NCBI GenBank assembly: GCA_964019335.1 | Contig: OZ025656.1 | Coordinates: forward strand, 1-64,000 | Direction: 5' to 3' | Length of the DNA: 64,000 bases | Source of the DNA: Diplonema japonicum | Taxonomy: Eukaryota > Protista > Euglenozoa: Diplonemea | Part shown: positions 1 through 9,913 of the stretch, piece by piece | Numbering within the stretch: position 1 is the first letter of the stretch | Layout: each line of letters opens with the position of its first letter | Translations under genes and position numbers: made by a program | Notes under the pieces: model-generated | Told to the model about the DNA's origin: nothing | The model's input: the letters and a program-made list of their open reading frames with translations, nothing else | Databases searched by the model: none

Positions 1-624
1 GGTTTGCGGGTTTGCGGGTTTGCGGGTTTGCGGGTTTGCGGGTTGCGGGTTTGCGGGTTTGCGGGTTTGCGGGTTTGCGGGTTTGCGGGTTTGCGGTTTG
101 CGGGTTTGCGGTTTGCGGGTTTGCGGGTTTGCGGGTTTGCGGGTTTGCGGGTTTGCGGGTTTGCGGGTTTGCGGGTTTGCGGGTTTGCGGGTTTGCGGGT
201 TTGCGGGTTTGCGGGTTTGCGGGTTTGCGGGTTTGCGGGTTTGCGGTTTGCGGGTTTGCGGTTTGCGGGTTTGCGGGTTTGCGGGTTTGCGGTTTGCGGG
301 TTTGCGGGTTTGCGGGTTTGCGGGTTTGCGGGTTTGCGGGTTTGCGGGTTTGCGGGTTTGCGGTGTTTGCGGGTTTGCGGGTTTGCGGGTTTGCGGGTTT
401 GCGGGTTTGCGGGTTTGCGGGTTTGCGGGTTTGCGGGTTTGCGGGTTTGCGGGTTTGCGGGTTTGCGGGTTTGCGGGTTTGCGGGTTTGCGGGTTTGCGG
501 GTTTGCGGGTTTGCGGGTTTGCGGGTTTGCGGGTTTGCGGGTTTGCGGGTTTGCGGGTTTGCGGGTTTGCGGGTTTGCGGGTTTGCGGGTTTGCGGGTTT
601 GCGGGTTTGCGGGTTTGCGGGTTT
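1..624 (+). repeat. (GGGTTTGC)n 8-bp tandem array, ~78 units, telomere-like or microsatellite
   Basis: Near-perfect GGGTTTGC units with occasional 7-nt GGTTTGC variants. The array runs off the left edge of the window. Confidence 0.98.
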
Positions 625-1355
625 TTTTAAAAAGGGGGACTTGAGAAAATAAATAAAAAGGGGGACTTGAGAATGTTTTTTTTTTTTTTTTTTTCTTCAA
701 AAGACACACAAGGCACGATAAATCTTAAGAGAAAATAAAAATATTCCAAAACAGACAATCAAGTTCCAACCTGGGAGGAAGGCATGGGTTTCTCTTTTTC
801 TTTATGGGAGGGAGAGGGGAAGAAGAAGAAGCAACTCCAAATGATAAAAATTCAAAAATAAAAATCTCAAAAAAGGCTTAAAAGAAGAAGAGGCAAATTC
901 AAAAACATACTAGGGAGGAATGAGTGGGGCAGGGGGTAAAATTTAGGAGGGGGAAAGAGGGAGAATCAAAAAAGGGGAAAGGGGCAGAGTGGCCAATGTC
1001 CATGCGAAAAAGCATAGAGCGGGGGAAGAAGAAAATCAAAAACAGGAAAAACACATCACCACAAAAGAAAAAAGAAAAAAAAAAAAAAAACGTCGACCGA
1101 GATGGTTCCACTTCAAAAAGAAAAAGAAAAAGAAAAACAGAAAAATAAAAAAAAAAAAAAAAAAAGGAAAAACAAAAAGAAAAAAAAAAAAAGGAAAAAA
1201 AAAAAAAAAATCTAAGTGGTTCTATCTAGCCTGGCCGTTGTAGCACCTGTTCCCTATTCTTTTATTTTTCCCTTTTTTTTTTTTCTCAGAAAAAAAAAAA
1301 AAAGTTTCACATCTTCCTATGGCGGGGGAGAACAGCCCCCCACACCCCCGCTGGC

Positions 1356-4300
1356 CTATCTGGCCAGCGAGCCTTTGGACCTCTTCTTGTGGGGTATGGG
1401 CCCCACCCGTGCCCTCCCCGACTCGAGCTGCAGCCAAGCCACCGCACTGTTCACCGGGGCCCAGTTCTCCTTGTTGCGCACCTTGACCGCGTCCCGCACC
1501 AGGTCGTCGCTCCCCAGCTCTTCCATCAACCTGTGCTCCGCCAAGAACTTGAACTGGGGCCCGGTCATCCCCTTGAGCTCACCCCTGCATATGTTGGCTT
1601 CGACCACGGTGCCATCCGCCCCCGTACCCTTCAGATAGATGTAGCCACCCTCCACACAATCCGAGTCAGTACTGGCCGATCGGGCCCGGGCCCGCTTCTT
1701 GTCCTTCTTGCTCCACTTCAGCTCTTCCAGGGTGGGGAGGTCCGTGGCAACCACCTCAGGCCGCCTCTCCCTGTCTTCCTCCTTCTTCCGGGCCAACAGC
1801 CCAAGGTACCTCTCAAAGGAGACGTCCTCGAACAACCCCGGGACCGTCACCACCGCTGACTGCAGGTCGACCTCTTCAACACCCATCTTCCGCAGATGGT
1901 CCTGGACAGTGCGCCTCGTCTCCTTCTCGCAGGGCCCCCTCCCCTCGTAGACGTCGAGGGTGACCTTCCTTCCATCCCTCACCCACGCCTTCACTTTGAT
2001 CAGGTCCTTGACCTTTCCCACTGGGGCCCTTATCCTTGCGTCGCACCTCTCCAAGAACTCACGTAGTGTCACCTTGGTAGCGCCGGCTCCCGCCGCAATG
2101 CCCACTACCCCTTCCTTCCCCGGTGTCGGGTGGTGTCTGCACCCCCGGGTCTGCAACTTGACCACCCCCCATGCCGTTTCCAGAGTCCCCTTGAGCACGC
2201 CACCCTTGAAACGAACAGGTTGCACCGCCGAACACCCACACGCGTACGTGATCTGGAAATCCTGGACCGTCCTCGGGAACTCGAACTCGCGGTATGTTTC
2301 CGACTTCTGCACCTCACAACCCACAATGCGGCTGCGGCGCTCTCCGTCCGACCCACCTTCCAAGCTTGCGAAGTACTGCTTTACCATCATGTATCCAAGT
2401 CCAGCGATACCAATCTGGCCAGCCATAGCCACCTCCAGTGGAACACCCAGCGACTCGGCCTTCGCAAGAAGCATCTCCTCAGTCCTCTCCCTTCCAGGGT
2501 CCGTTCCTTCTTCAAGGATGATCTCCACCCGGCCCTCGAACTGGATGATGAACTTGAGCAGTCGGTCCCCCGGCCTCGCCCTCAGTGGCACCATCGCTCT
2601 CGGAATTGGGATGCCCATCACCACATCAATCGGGTCAAGCTGAACGAAGTCTCCCCCTACTTCCACCTGCTGTTCCCTTTCCGGTGCCCCGACTCCCATC
2701 AGCTGATCTCCCTCCGGCGTCTGGATCCCACCCCTAGGTGTGTCAGGCCCCGACTGGCTGCCTCCGCTCGGTGCGTTCCCGCCCTCTTTGGTCCCTTCGG
2801 GGGCGTCATCCGCCTGCGGCTTCAGAGTCCTCCCACCGCCCTGTCTCTTCGCAGCTTGTTCCCTACAGAATTCGCTCACGGTCATCTTCCTCGTAGCAGT
2901 TGTCGCACTCTGGTCCCCCTTGTTCGAGTCCCTCTGGGCCTCCGTATCCCCCTTAGGACACTGGTCCAAGGTCTGGTTCACCGCAGCGTCAGTCGCCCCT
3001 TGTCTCTTCCCATCTTCCTGGGCCTTCGGGTCAAGCTCCCCTCCCTGCCCAGCCCTCTCGCTGGATCCTGTTCCGACCATCTCCGTGTCTTCTCCTCCCG
3101 GCGAGGCTGCTTCGAGTCCTGCTCCCGCTTTCCCTTGTGTTCCACCCTCCACCGGTTCCGCCTTTCGCTGCTGCTGCATTCGGGCGTCCAGGTCCTTCTT
3201 CGTCTGCTCCAGAAGGGCATCCAGCTGGTGGGCCACCGTGATTGGGGGTCCGCCTCCCTGTCCCTTCACTTCCCTCTCGGACGACTCCTCAGCTTCGGTG
3301 GTTTTTTCATTGCCGAAGGAGTCCTCTGTGAGGTCAGTGTTGGATTCAGTGTTGGGTTCGTTGTTCGCTTCCTCGTTGTCCTTTTTTTCCTCTTCGCCGT
3401 CCGGTACCGGGGGCCCTGGATCCAACTGTACAGGCCCTTTGACTAACAGCGCCCCTGCTATCGATCTCATCATGGCCGTTGACACCTCTTGGACCACACG
3501 CCTGTGTATCGAGACTCTGTCCCCGTGAGCCCGCGCAGCTATGCTCCTGGACAGTTTCTTCGTGAGGTAGACTGCTGCCTCCCCGAACCCCCCAAAGGTC
3601 TCCATCGCGAAAGGTACAAAGGCCACGCGTGTCTTGGCGAGCTCCGCCTCATACTTCTGGCGCTTGTAGTGTTCCGCCTTCGCCGCTGCGTATCCCGCAG
3701 TCTTCGCCGCCTGGTTGACACAAGACTCGTTCCTCGGGTGCACGATGACCACGTCCATAGCCATTGGGCGGGAACCCCCCACCCCACCTGGGAAGAACAC
3801 GTCCGCCGGGCGCTGGGACGACCCCGGGATCAGCCCCGTCTTCTCCATCGTTGCGCTCACCCCGGCCCACTGACAGTGTCTGTGGATGGTCTCCTTCACC
3901 CGGTCGTGCCTCGCAATCCTGGCGTTGCCGCATCCCTGGGCATGGTCACCCCATACGTCCATCCCCTCAGTCTTGCACCTCGGGTCGTGGCAGCTCTCAC
4001 CCTGCTTGTAGACCGGAGCCCCCAACCACCACTTGATCAGAGCCCCAAACTCGTTGTCCGACAGCTGGTTGTAGAAGTCAGGCGTCGCCGTCAACCACGC
4101 TCCCGCATAGTGCATTGACTCCGACATCAACCTCGCTCTCGAGCGTGCATCTGCTTTCGCCAAGAGGTCCTCCAGCGCCTTCTCATCAAGCACCCTAGAG
4201 AGCCACCTCTGGCTGCAGATGTGGGGGGCCTTGGCCACCATGTCGGGTGTAATCTGCATGCCGCCCTTCGTCCTGTTGAACCACTCGAGCCAGCTCCCCC

Positions 4301-7300
4301 ATACACCCCCTTCCAGCCCATGTTCGTATTTGGGATCCAGCTCCTTGCACAGCTTCATCGTCGACGCCCTCGAAGCCATGTTGGCCGCGCGCAGGTGCTC
4401 CTGGCAGCTCCTCATCCCAAGCCCACCGACTTTTACGGACAGTTTCGCCTGCTGCCATTCTTTCGACCCGTTCTCGAACTGCATGCCGCACACCTTCGAC
4501 ATCGTCTTCCGCACCATCTCGTCGAACCTGTGCATGACCCCTCCCACATGCGAGTCTGGGACCACTCTCATGTAAAACACCAGTTTGCTGTATGAGCTGC
4601 AATACCGGAGAAGTGTGTACCCTGTCTGCCTCCCCACCTTGGTCAGCATGTCGAAGTTCTCTTCCAGCGCGTCCAAGCGTTTGTTCAGAAAGGCTTGCGT
4701 GTACTCCGGCGATCCTATCGGCGCCCCCAGGAGCATGAAGTTCCTCTCTTTGTGGAAATTCTCTTCTGTCAGGCCATCGAAGCCTGTGTCCTCCACTGTC
4801 TGGGGGAGGTCGCCACTAACCCATATGAGCTCGCACTTCTGGGGTTTCACTTTCAGCCCTATCATTCCGCTCAGCTCACACAAGATGTTGTACGCCTTTC
4901 TCACTTCATCCACATTCCCCACAAGGACGCCATCGTCCAGGTAGAACTGGAGGATGTCCAGGTTGCAGTCTTCACTTATCTTGTTCACCAGGGGTTGGAT
5001 GGCCAGAGAGAACAGCAGCGGTCCCATCGGGTCCCCCTGTTGCACCCCTTCCTGGGACTTAATCACCTTTCCGTTGTAGTATAATTGGGAGGGCACCCTG
5101 TAGCACCAATCGGCCCACGCATACAGCCCCGACGCTTGCTCATAGGCCTGTGAGCACAGCTGCCTCCGACAAACACTGTTGAAGGCGTTGGCGTAGTCGA
5201 TCTTGAGGATCACCTTGTTTTCCTGCTTGTTGCCCCGTTCCCTGTCCACATACTGCCTGATGGTGTGTATAGCCGCCTCCATTCCAGCAGGGACCGATAC
5301 CCCCACCTGGCCGCCTTTCTTCAGGTACGAAGAGGCCACTTCCGGAGCGATCTTCTTCACAAGGGATTTCCCCACCAGCCGACGCAGCACATCCCCAACG
5401 GCTATGGGCCGCACGTCCCTGTCGTTCTTCTTGAGGGCCACAAGGTTCGCCCCTGCCATCAGCGGAGCCATCTCCCTAGGGGCCGTGCCTCTAGCTAATG
5501 CGTTGACTGCCCTCGTCACCGACATCAAACAGCCTTGAGACTCAAAAGCTCCGTCCACCGCGTCCTTGATGTGCTGGGCTCTCAGACCAGTCGGTCCCGC
5601 AGCAGTCCCCCTCGGGAAGTCCCTGATTGCGTCCAGCACTTCTTCTGGCAAGACTTCTACCGCTTCCTTCGTCTTCGCCGGGTTGTCCCATTGGGGGTGT
5701 AGTGGCTCTGGATGTTTGCTCTGCAGCGCTCTCCAGCAATCCTCATTGTCTTCTGCCAGCCCCTGGGCTACAAGCGCCGCGTTTCCTGCCGAGAACCTCC
5801 CTTTGCTGCACAGTTCCGTGGCCCTGGCGACCTTAGAGACCTCGTCGTTCTTAGGTTCCCCCTTCTCACCTGATTCCAGCTTATTCCAGAGGGCCATGTA
5901 ATTTCCCTTCTCCCACTCCTCCAATCTGGCCTGGACACTCAGCTCCGTCTCCTTGTCCCGCTTCTTCCCTCCCCTCTTCTTCCACAGGCAGGCTTTGGGG
6001 AGCATCGCCACCAGCAGCCAAGCCTCTTCTGTGTTGTCCTTCACCGCTCGGCCCAGAGTGTGCTTAAGGGTAAGCCCCCACAGTCTTTGAAGGCTCGTCG
6101 GGATCGACCCCATGGTCGTGACGTTCATGGCGGCTATGGTTTCCAGGCTGGGTAACTCGGTCCTCGTCGGGGCCGGCGGGGGGGTCGTGTATTCCCCTTC
6201 CCTTCGCACCGCCTTTTTGCACTCGTCGTGGCACCCCTGACCCTTCCACACACAGCCCCTGCACACCAGGCACCTCTCGAGGTCCAGTCTCCTCAGAACG
6301 CTCTCCGGGATCTCATCACTCTCCAGGTGCCCATCCAGGTGACACTTCCATACCCTTGTCGAGTTGAACGGGGTCGTGCTTTTGCACTTCGACCTAGCGC
6401 AGTTCGCCACCGGACAGTACAGGAATTGCTGGTTCCTTGCCCCCATCTGGTCCAACACCCCTGCCTTCCCGTATCCAGGGATCGCACGGTCTATTATGTC
6501 CCACTCCCCGATGTCCTCACCCGGGGCCTCGGAGGGTTGCTTACCTGCCTTTTGTAGAGCTACCGATTGGGACTCATCAAGGAGCATCATCATCGACTCC
6601 TCCTCTCCGACTGCATACTCGTAGTGGTTGCCGTTGTACGCCAGCACCACCACCTTCTCGTGGTCGGAGTTGTACTCCCCTATCATCAGGACTGGGTTGT
6701 TCCCCCCAGCAACCACGAGTATCGTGCGGCCAAACGCTTGTGCTGCGGCTGCCAGGCACAAGTGGTCTCCCCACGTCGCTGCTGTGCCCATCCCTTCCAA
6801 GTACCGGTCCCAACCCTCACTGCAAAACGGGGCATAGTGCTCCTCCCGGTGTTTCATCCATTCTACAACCTCGCTCCTGATGTGGGTGTGGTCGCCGTAG
6901 GCTTCCCCGAGCGAACCGGCCAGGGCGTGGAACATGCAGTTCCCGTCCTTCTCCGTCGATCTCCTCGTCAGCTTGAAGCTCTTCATGATCTCGTCCACTG
7001 ACTTGCCGGCCCTGGGTTGTTTGTCGGGGTTCCACAGATTCCGCTGCCTGTGTAGTGCACAGTGCGTCTGGTTCGACGAGCACGCCGCAGCACACGTTCC
7101 ACAGAGGTTCACCTTCATGCTCCTCGCCTGCTCTTGTTTCACAAAATGATGGTGGACCGCATTGAGGTGTTTAACTAGACAGCTTGCCACACTGGTGCGG
7201 AAAGAGCAGTCTTCCATCCGGCATTGATGTTTGTCTGATCCTTCTTTTTCCCCCTCCTTCTGCGCCTCCATGTGCTCATCATCCAAATCCATGGGGGGAG

Positions 7301-9770
7301 GGTCACCACCTCCTTGCAACGCGTCCCCTGCCAGCGTCAAGTCCGCAAAGGGGTCCAGGTGTTCGGCCTGAAAGAGCTTATCCTCCGTCTCGGCTCGTTC
7401 CTTCGCCGCTTGCTTGGCGTCTTCCTTCTTTTTTCTGCGTCTTGAGCTTCTAGGCGGGCCCAAGTACACCGGCAGGTAGTGACCTCTCGATCCGCGTCTT
7501 GTCTTCCTCAGCTTTACCGGTCCGAATCTCTGGGTCGGGTCAGCACCAGCTTTCCACACCATCACTTCCGACATGGCCCAGAGCGACATCAGCCCCCCTA
7601 TCCAAACTGAAGTGCTTCCCACCAGAGTGCCCCCTACTGCTAGCCAAGCGAGCTCCCCGGCGGACCATTCATCCCCTCGGGGCCCCACCTGTACCCTTGA
7701 CCTGCGGGTGGTCCTCCTGTCGCTCCCCGGCCTCTTCCACAACACTGCCGCATGCAGGAAGGAGGGGGCCATCCCGATGCCCGCCCCCAGCACCTGCCTC
7801 ACCCCTGGGATCAGCAAGAGGGAGACCAGGGCGACCCAGGCCCACACCCCCAGGTGCTCCCATCTCACCCCTTCCTTGCTGTGTCCCGTCCGTCTGCGGT
7901 GCCTCCTTGTGCCGGTTGCAGCCCCAGGTGCCGGGATTCTGGGTGCCAGGGGTTGGGCTCCAGGCGTTCCCACCTCGGTCCGCTTCAGCCCCATTGCAGG
8001 GTCATCTGGCTTCTGTTCCAGGGCGGCCTCGTGTTCCTCTCTGCGGGCCCTCCTCCTCCCTTCTTTCCTCGCACGACGGTGCCTTTTCTTCTCCTGTCTG
8101 GCAGCCTCCCTCGCCCCCTCCCTCGCCTTGGTCCTCTTCTCCCGACGCCTCTGAAGGGCCGTTTCGCTCCTGTGCCTCCTCCTGTTCTTCTTCCGCTTGG
8201 GCGCTGGCTTAGGTTCCCTGCCACCCATGGCAATCCAGGGGGCTCTTTTCTGTCTTCTCACAAGGGTGTGCAGTGGTGCTCTCACGTCGCTCGCAGCCTC
8301 CGCCCCAACCACACCTAGGCGGGCGGTGGGGGTGGGTGCTGGGTCCCCCTGGTTGTTTGAAAAGAAAAAAGGTTCCTCCTTGTTTGTTTTTTTTTTTTCT
8401 TTCCCTTCCACCCTCAAAAAAAGCCCCCGGCCCTTGGGGACCAGGGTGTACACCTCCGTAGAGGGTCCAGAAAAAATGGGGGGCAGAGAGGGAGGGGCAC
8501 TACCTTCTCTCGGGCGTGCTGTCTCTCCCTCTGCCTTTTTTTCCTCCGAAGAGGGTCTGTTTTTTACCTCCGTGGAGGGTTCCTCTGGAGAGGGCTCTAA
8601 AAATGAAAAAGGGGGGGACAAATGGGGGGGAGGAGCACCACCCTCTCTCGGGAGTGCCACCTCTTCCCCTTTCTCTCTATTTTCCTCCGAAGAGGGTCTG
8701 TTTTCCTCCGAAGAGGGTTCTAAAAAAAAAAGGGGGGCGGGTGGGGCACTATCCTCTCTTGGGAGTGCCACCCCCCCTTGCCCACAAAAAAGGGGATCTA
8801 AAAAAGGGGGTTCGTCTGTTAACCCAGGGGATGGGTCTTCCTGGGGTGTGCGGGTGAGCTTGGGGCCTACCGCACGCAGGGTGATCGACACCCTGACACC
8901 AGTGGACATCCCGGACGGGATGTGGTGCGTCCACTGGTGTCTCGCTTCACCTTCCAACAATGCCCATGAGAAGGGGGGCACCAGGTATTTCGCCACCCTG
9001 TCCCCCCTCCTCATGACCATTGTGGTCTCGGCTCCGTACGAGAGGACTAGGACAATCGGTCCCAGCCTCGCGTCGTCCTTGTGGGCGGCAATCCCACAAC
9101 CAGACTTGTACTTGTTGACAAGTACCTGGTTGGGGACCACCTCGAGCCCTGCGGCGGCGGCCACCTCCCTCACCCACCCCTCCGCCCCCCCTGGGATCCC
9201 CGTGGTGGGGCGCACCTTGGCGTTCGTCCCCTCCCACCGGTACCCGTATTGGAGGGTCTCCCTCCCTGAGTTCCCAGACAGGGCCTCCCACTTTCCTGAA
9301 AGCAGGGCTTTCGGGAAGGCAGGGGCCGGGCCCGTCCTCAACCCGGGAGGGTGTTCACCATACACCAGTACCCACCCCTTTTTTTCTCCCTCTTTTCTTC
9401 CCTCTTCAACAATAGCAGGGTCGGCTGCAGGGGTCGTGGTCGCGGCGGTCGTGGCTGCGGCAGGGGCGGCTGCGGCGGTCTCAGTTGCGGCGATTAGGGC
9501 GGCAGGGTCGGCTGCGGCGTTCAGGGTGGCTGGGGCGGCCGTGGTTGTAGCAGCGGCGGTCAAAACCGCGGTCTCTGTGCCCAACCAGATTGCCTGGTTT
9601 TTATGTTTTTTATTATTTTTGACGACATCTAGAGGGGATCTAAGGGGAGGGGAGGGGTCATACTGCCCGGCCAGATTTCGGTCTGGTCGGGTGGTCGGCT
9701 TGGTCGGCGTCTCTCGTAGGCGTTCCTCCTGCGGGCGGCGGTCTCCGACGACGTTTCGTCTAGGGTCCAT
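1356..9770 (-). CDS. Retrotransposon polyprotein, 2804 aa from the first ATG: AlkB dioxygenase, zinc fingers, OTU, RT, RLE, C-terminal repeats
   Basis: AlkB (~8870-9265): NQVLVNKY..GIAAHKDD...WTHHI...RVSITLR. C2H2 (~7150-7225): CRMEDC..HLNAVH. OTU (~6615-6960): DGNCMF..WGD..NHYE. RT (~4710-5640): RPIAVGD, KIDYANAFNS, QQGDP, FYLDD, LLGAPIG. CCHC plus RLE (~3580-3995): RHD, RPAD, MDV, K..KY, FVPFAMETFG. The ATG at 9770 follows an A-tract. Confidence 0.93.
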   Translation of the reverse strand: MDPRRNVVGDRRPQEERLRETPTKPTTRPDRNLAGQYDPSPPLRSPLDVVKNNKKHKNQAIWLGTETAVLTAAATTTAAPATLNAAADPAALIAATETAAAAPAAATTAATTTPAADPAIVEEGRKEGEKKGWVLVYGEHPPGLRTGPAPAFPKALLSGKWEALSGNSGRETLQYGYRWEGTNAKVRPTTGIPGGAEGWVREVAAAAGLEVVPNQVLVNKYKSGCGIAAHKDDARLGPIVLVLSYGAETTMVMRRGDRVAKYLVPPFSWALLEGEARHQWTHHIPSGMSTGVRVSITLRAVGPKLTRTPQEDPSPGLTDEPPFLDPLFCGQGGVALPREDSAPPAPLFFLEPSSEENRPSSEENREKGEEVALPREGGAPPPHLSPPFSFLEPSPEEPSTEVKNRPSSEEKKAEGETARPREGSAPPSLPPIFSGPSTEVYTLVPKGRGLFLRVEGKEKKKTNKEEPFFFSNNQGDPAPTPTARLGVVGAEAASDVRAPLHTLVRRQKRAPWIAMGGREPKPAPKRKKNRRRHRSETALQRRREKRTKAREGAREAARQEKKRHRRARKEGRRRARREEHEAALEQKPDDPAMGLKRTEVGTPGAQPLAPRIPAPGAATGTRRHRRRTGHSKEGVRWEHLGVWAWVALVSLLLIPGVRQVLGAGIGMAPSFLHAAVLWKRPGSDRRTTRRSRVQVGPRGDEWSAGELAWLAVGGTLVGSTSVWIGGLMSLWAMSEVMVWKAGADPTQRFGPVKLRKTRRGSRGHYLPVYLGPPRSSRRRKKKEDAKQAAKERAETEDKLFQAEHLDPFADLTLAGDALQGGGDPPPMDLDDEHMEAQKEGEKEGSDKHQCRMEDCSFRTSVASCLVKHLNAVHHHFVKQEQARSMKVNLCGTCAAACSSNQTHCALHRQRNLWNPDKQPRAGKSVDEIMKSFKLTRRSTEKDGNCMFHALAGSLGEAYGDHTHIRSEVVEWMKHREEHYAPFCSEGWDRYLEGMGTAATWGDHLCLAAAAQAFGRTILVVAGGNNPVLMIGEYNSDHEKVVVLAYNGNHYEYAVGEEESMMMLLDESQSVALQKAGKQPSEAPGEDIGEWDIIDRAIPGYGKAGVLDQMGARNQQFLYCPVANCARSKCKSTTPFNSTRVWKCHLDGHLESDEIPESVLRRLDLERCLVCRGCVWKGQGCHDECKKAVRREGEYTTPPPAPTRTELPSLETIAAMNVTTMGSIPTSLQRLWGLTLKHTLGRAVKDNTEEAWLLVAMLPKACLWKKRGGKKRDKETELSVQARLEEWEKGNYMALWNKLESGEKGEPKNDEVSKVARATELCSKGRFSAGNAALVAQGLAEDNEDCWRALQSKHPEPLHPQWDNPAKTKEAVEVLPEEVLDAIRDFPRGTAAGPTGLRAQHIKDAVDGAFESQGCLMSVTRAVNALARGTAPREMAPLMAGANLVALKKNDRDVRPIAVGDVLRRLVGKSLVKKIAPEVASSYLKKGGQVGVSVPAGMEAAIHTIRQYVDRERGNKQENKVILKIDYANAFNSVCRRQLCSQAYEQASGLYAWADWCYRVPSQLYYNGKVIKSQEGVQQGDPMGPLLFSLAIQPLVNKISEDCNLDILQFYLDDGVLVGNVDEVRKAYNILCELSGMIGLKVKPQKCELIWVSGDLPQTVEDTGFDGLTEENFHKERNFMLLGAPIGSPEYTQAFLNKRLDALEENFDMLTKVGRQTGYTLLRYCSSYSKLVFYMRVVPDSHVGGVMHRFDEMVRKTMSKVCGMQFENGSKEWQQAKLSVKVGGLGMRSCQEHLRAANMASRASTMKLCKELDPKYEHGLEGGVWGSWLEWFNRTKGGMQITPDMVAKAPHICSQRWLSRVLDEKALEDLLAKADARSRARLMSESMHYAGAWLTATPDFYNQLSDNEFGALIKWWLGAPVYKQGESCHDPRCKTEGMDVWGDHAQGCGNARIARHDRVKETIHRHCQWAGVSATMEKTGLIPGSSQRPADVFFPGGVGGSRPMAMDVVIVHPRNESCVNQAAKTAGYAAAKAEHYKRQKYEAELAKTRVAFVPFAMETFGGFGEAAVYLTKKLSRSIAARAHGDRVSIHRRVVQEVSTAMMRSIAGALLVKGPVQLDPGPPVPDGEEEKKDNEEANNEPNTESNTDLTEDSFGNEKTTEAEESSEREVKGQGGGPPITVAHQLDALLEQTKKDLDARMQQQRKAEPVEGGTQGKAGAGLEAASPGGEDTEMVGTGSSERAGQGGELDPKAQEDGKRQGATDAAVNQTLDQCPKGDTEAQRDSNKGDQSATTATRKMTVSEFCREQAAKRQGGGRTLKPQADDAPEGTKEGGNAPSGGSQSGPDTPRGGIQTPEGDQLMGVGAPEREQQVEVGGDFVQLDPIDVVMGIPIPRAMVPLRARPGDRLLKFIIQFEGRVEIILEEGTDPGRERTEEMLLAKAESLGVPLEVAMAGQIGIAGLGYMMVKQYFASLEGGSDGERRSRIVGCEVQKSETYREFEFPRTVQDFQITYACGCSAVQPVRFKGGVLKGTLETAWGVVKLQTRGCRHHPTPGKEGVVGIAAGAGATKVTLREFLERCDARIRAPVGKVKDLIKVKAWVRDGRKVTLDVYEGRGPCEKETRRTVQDHLRKMGVEEVDLQSAVVTVPGLFEDVSFERYLGLLARKKEEDRERRPEVVATDLPTLEELKWSKKDKKRARARSASTDSDCVEGGYIYLKGTGADGTVVEANICRGELKGMTGPQFKFLAEHRLMEELGSDDLVRDAVKVRNKENWAPVNSAVAWLQLESGRARVGPIPHKKRSKGSLAR

Positions 9771-9913
9771 TTTTTTTTTTTTTTTTTTTTTGTGTTGAGG
9801 GGGGAGGGGATCCTTTGCTAAACGGCAGGCGGGCCGGGCCGAAACAACCCCCCCAGACGACGACGAACGGACACCGAGCGGACGCAGCAGGCACCAACAA
9901 AAACACAGACGAC

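Noticed and set aside
4-652. Three ~210-aa ORFs (RVCGFAGL repeats)
   Set aside because: Artefacts of a stop-free 8-bp tandem repeat.
899-1243. Lys- or Phe-rich small ORFs (also at 10076-10354)
   Set aside because: Homopolymer tracts of the element's 3' UTR.
8197-9798. 533-aa plus-strand ORF (and 2130-3446)
   Set aside because: Antisense shadows of a GC-rich coding region, with no recognisable motifs.
9800-9913. HDV-like or hammerhead ribozyme in the 5' UTR
   Set aside because: A G7/C-rich pairing is possible, but I could not build the catalytic core by eye. It needs an Infernal or RNAmotif search.
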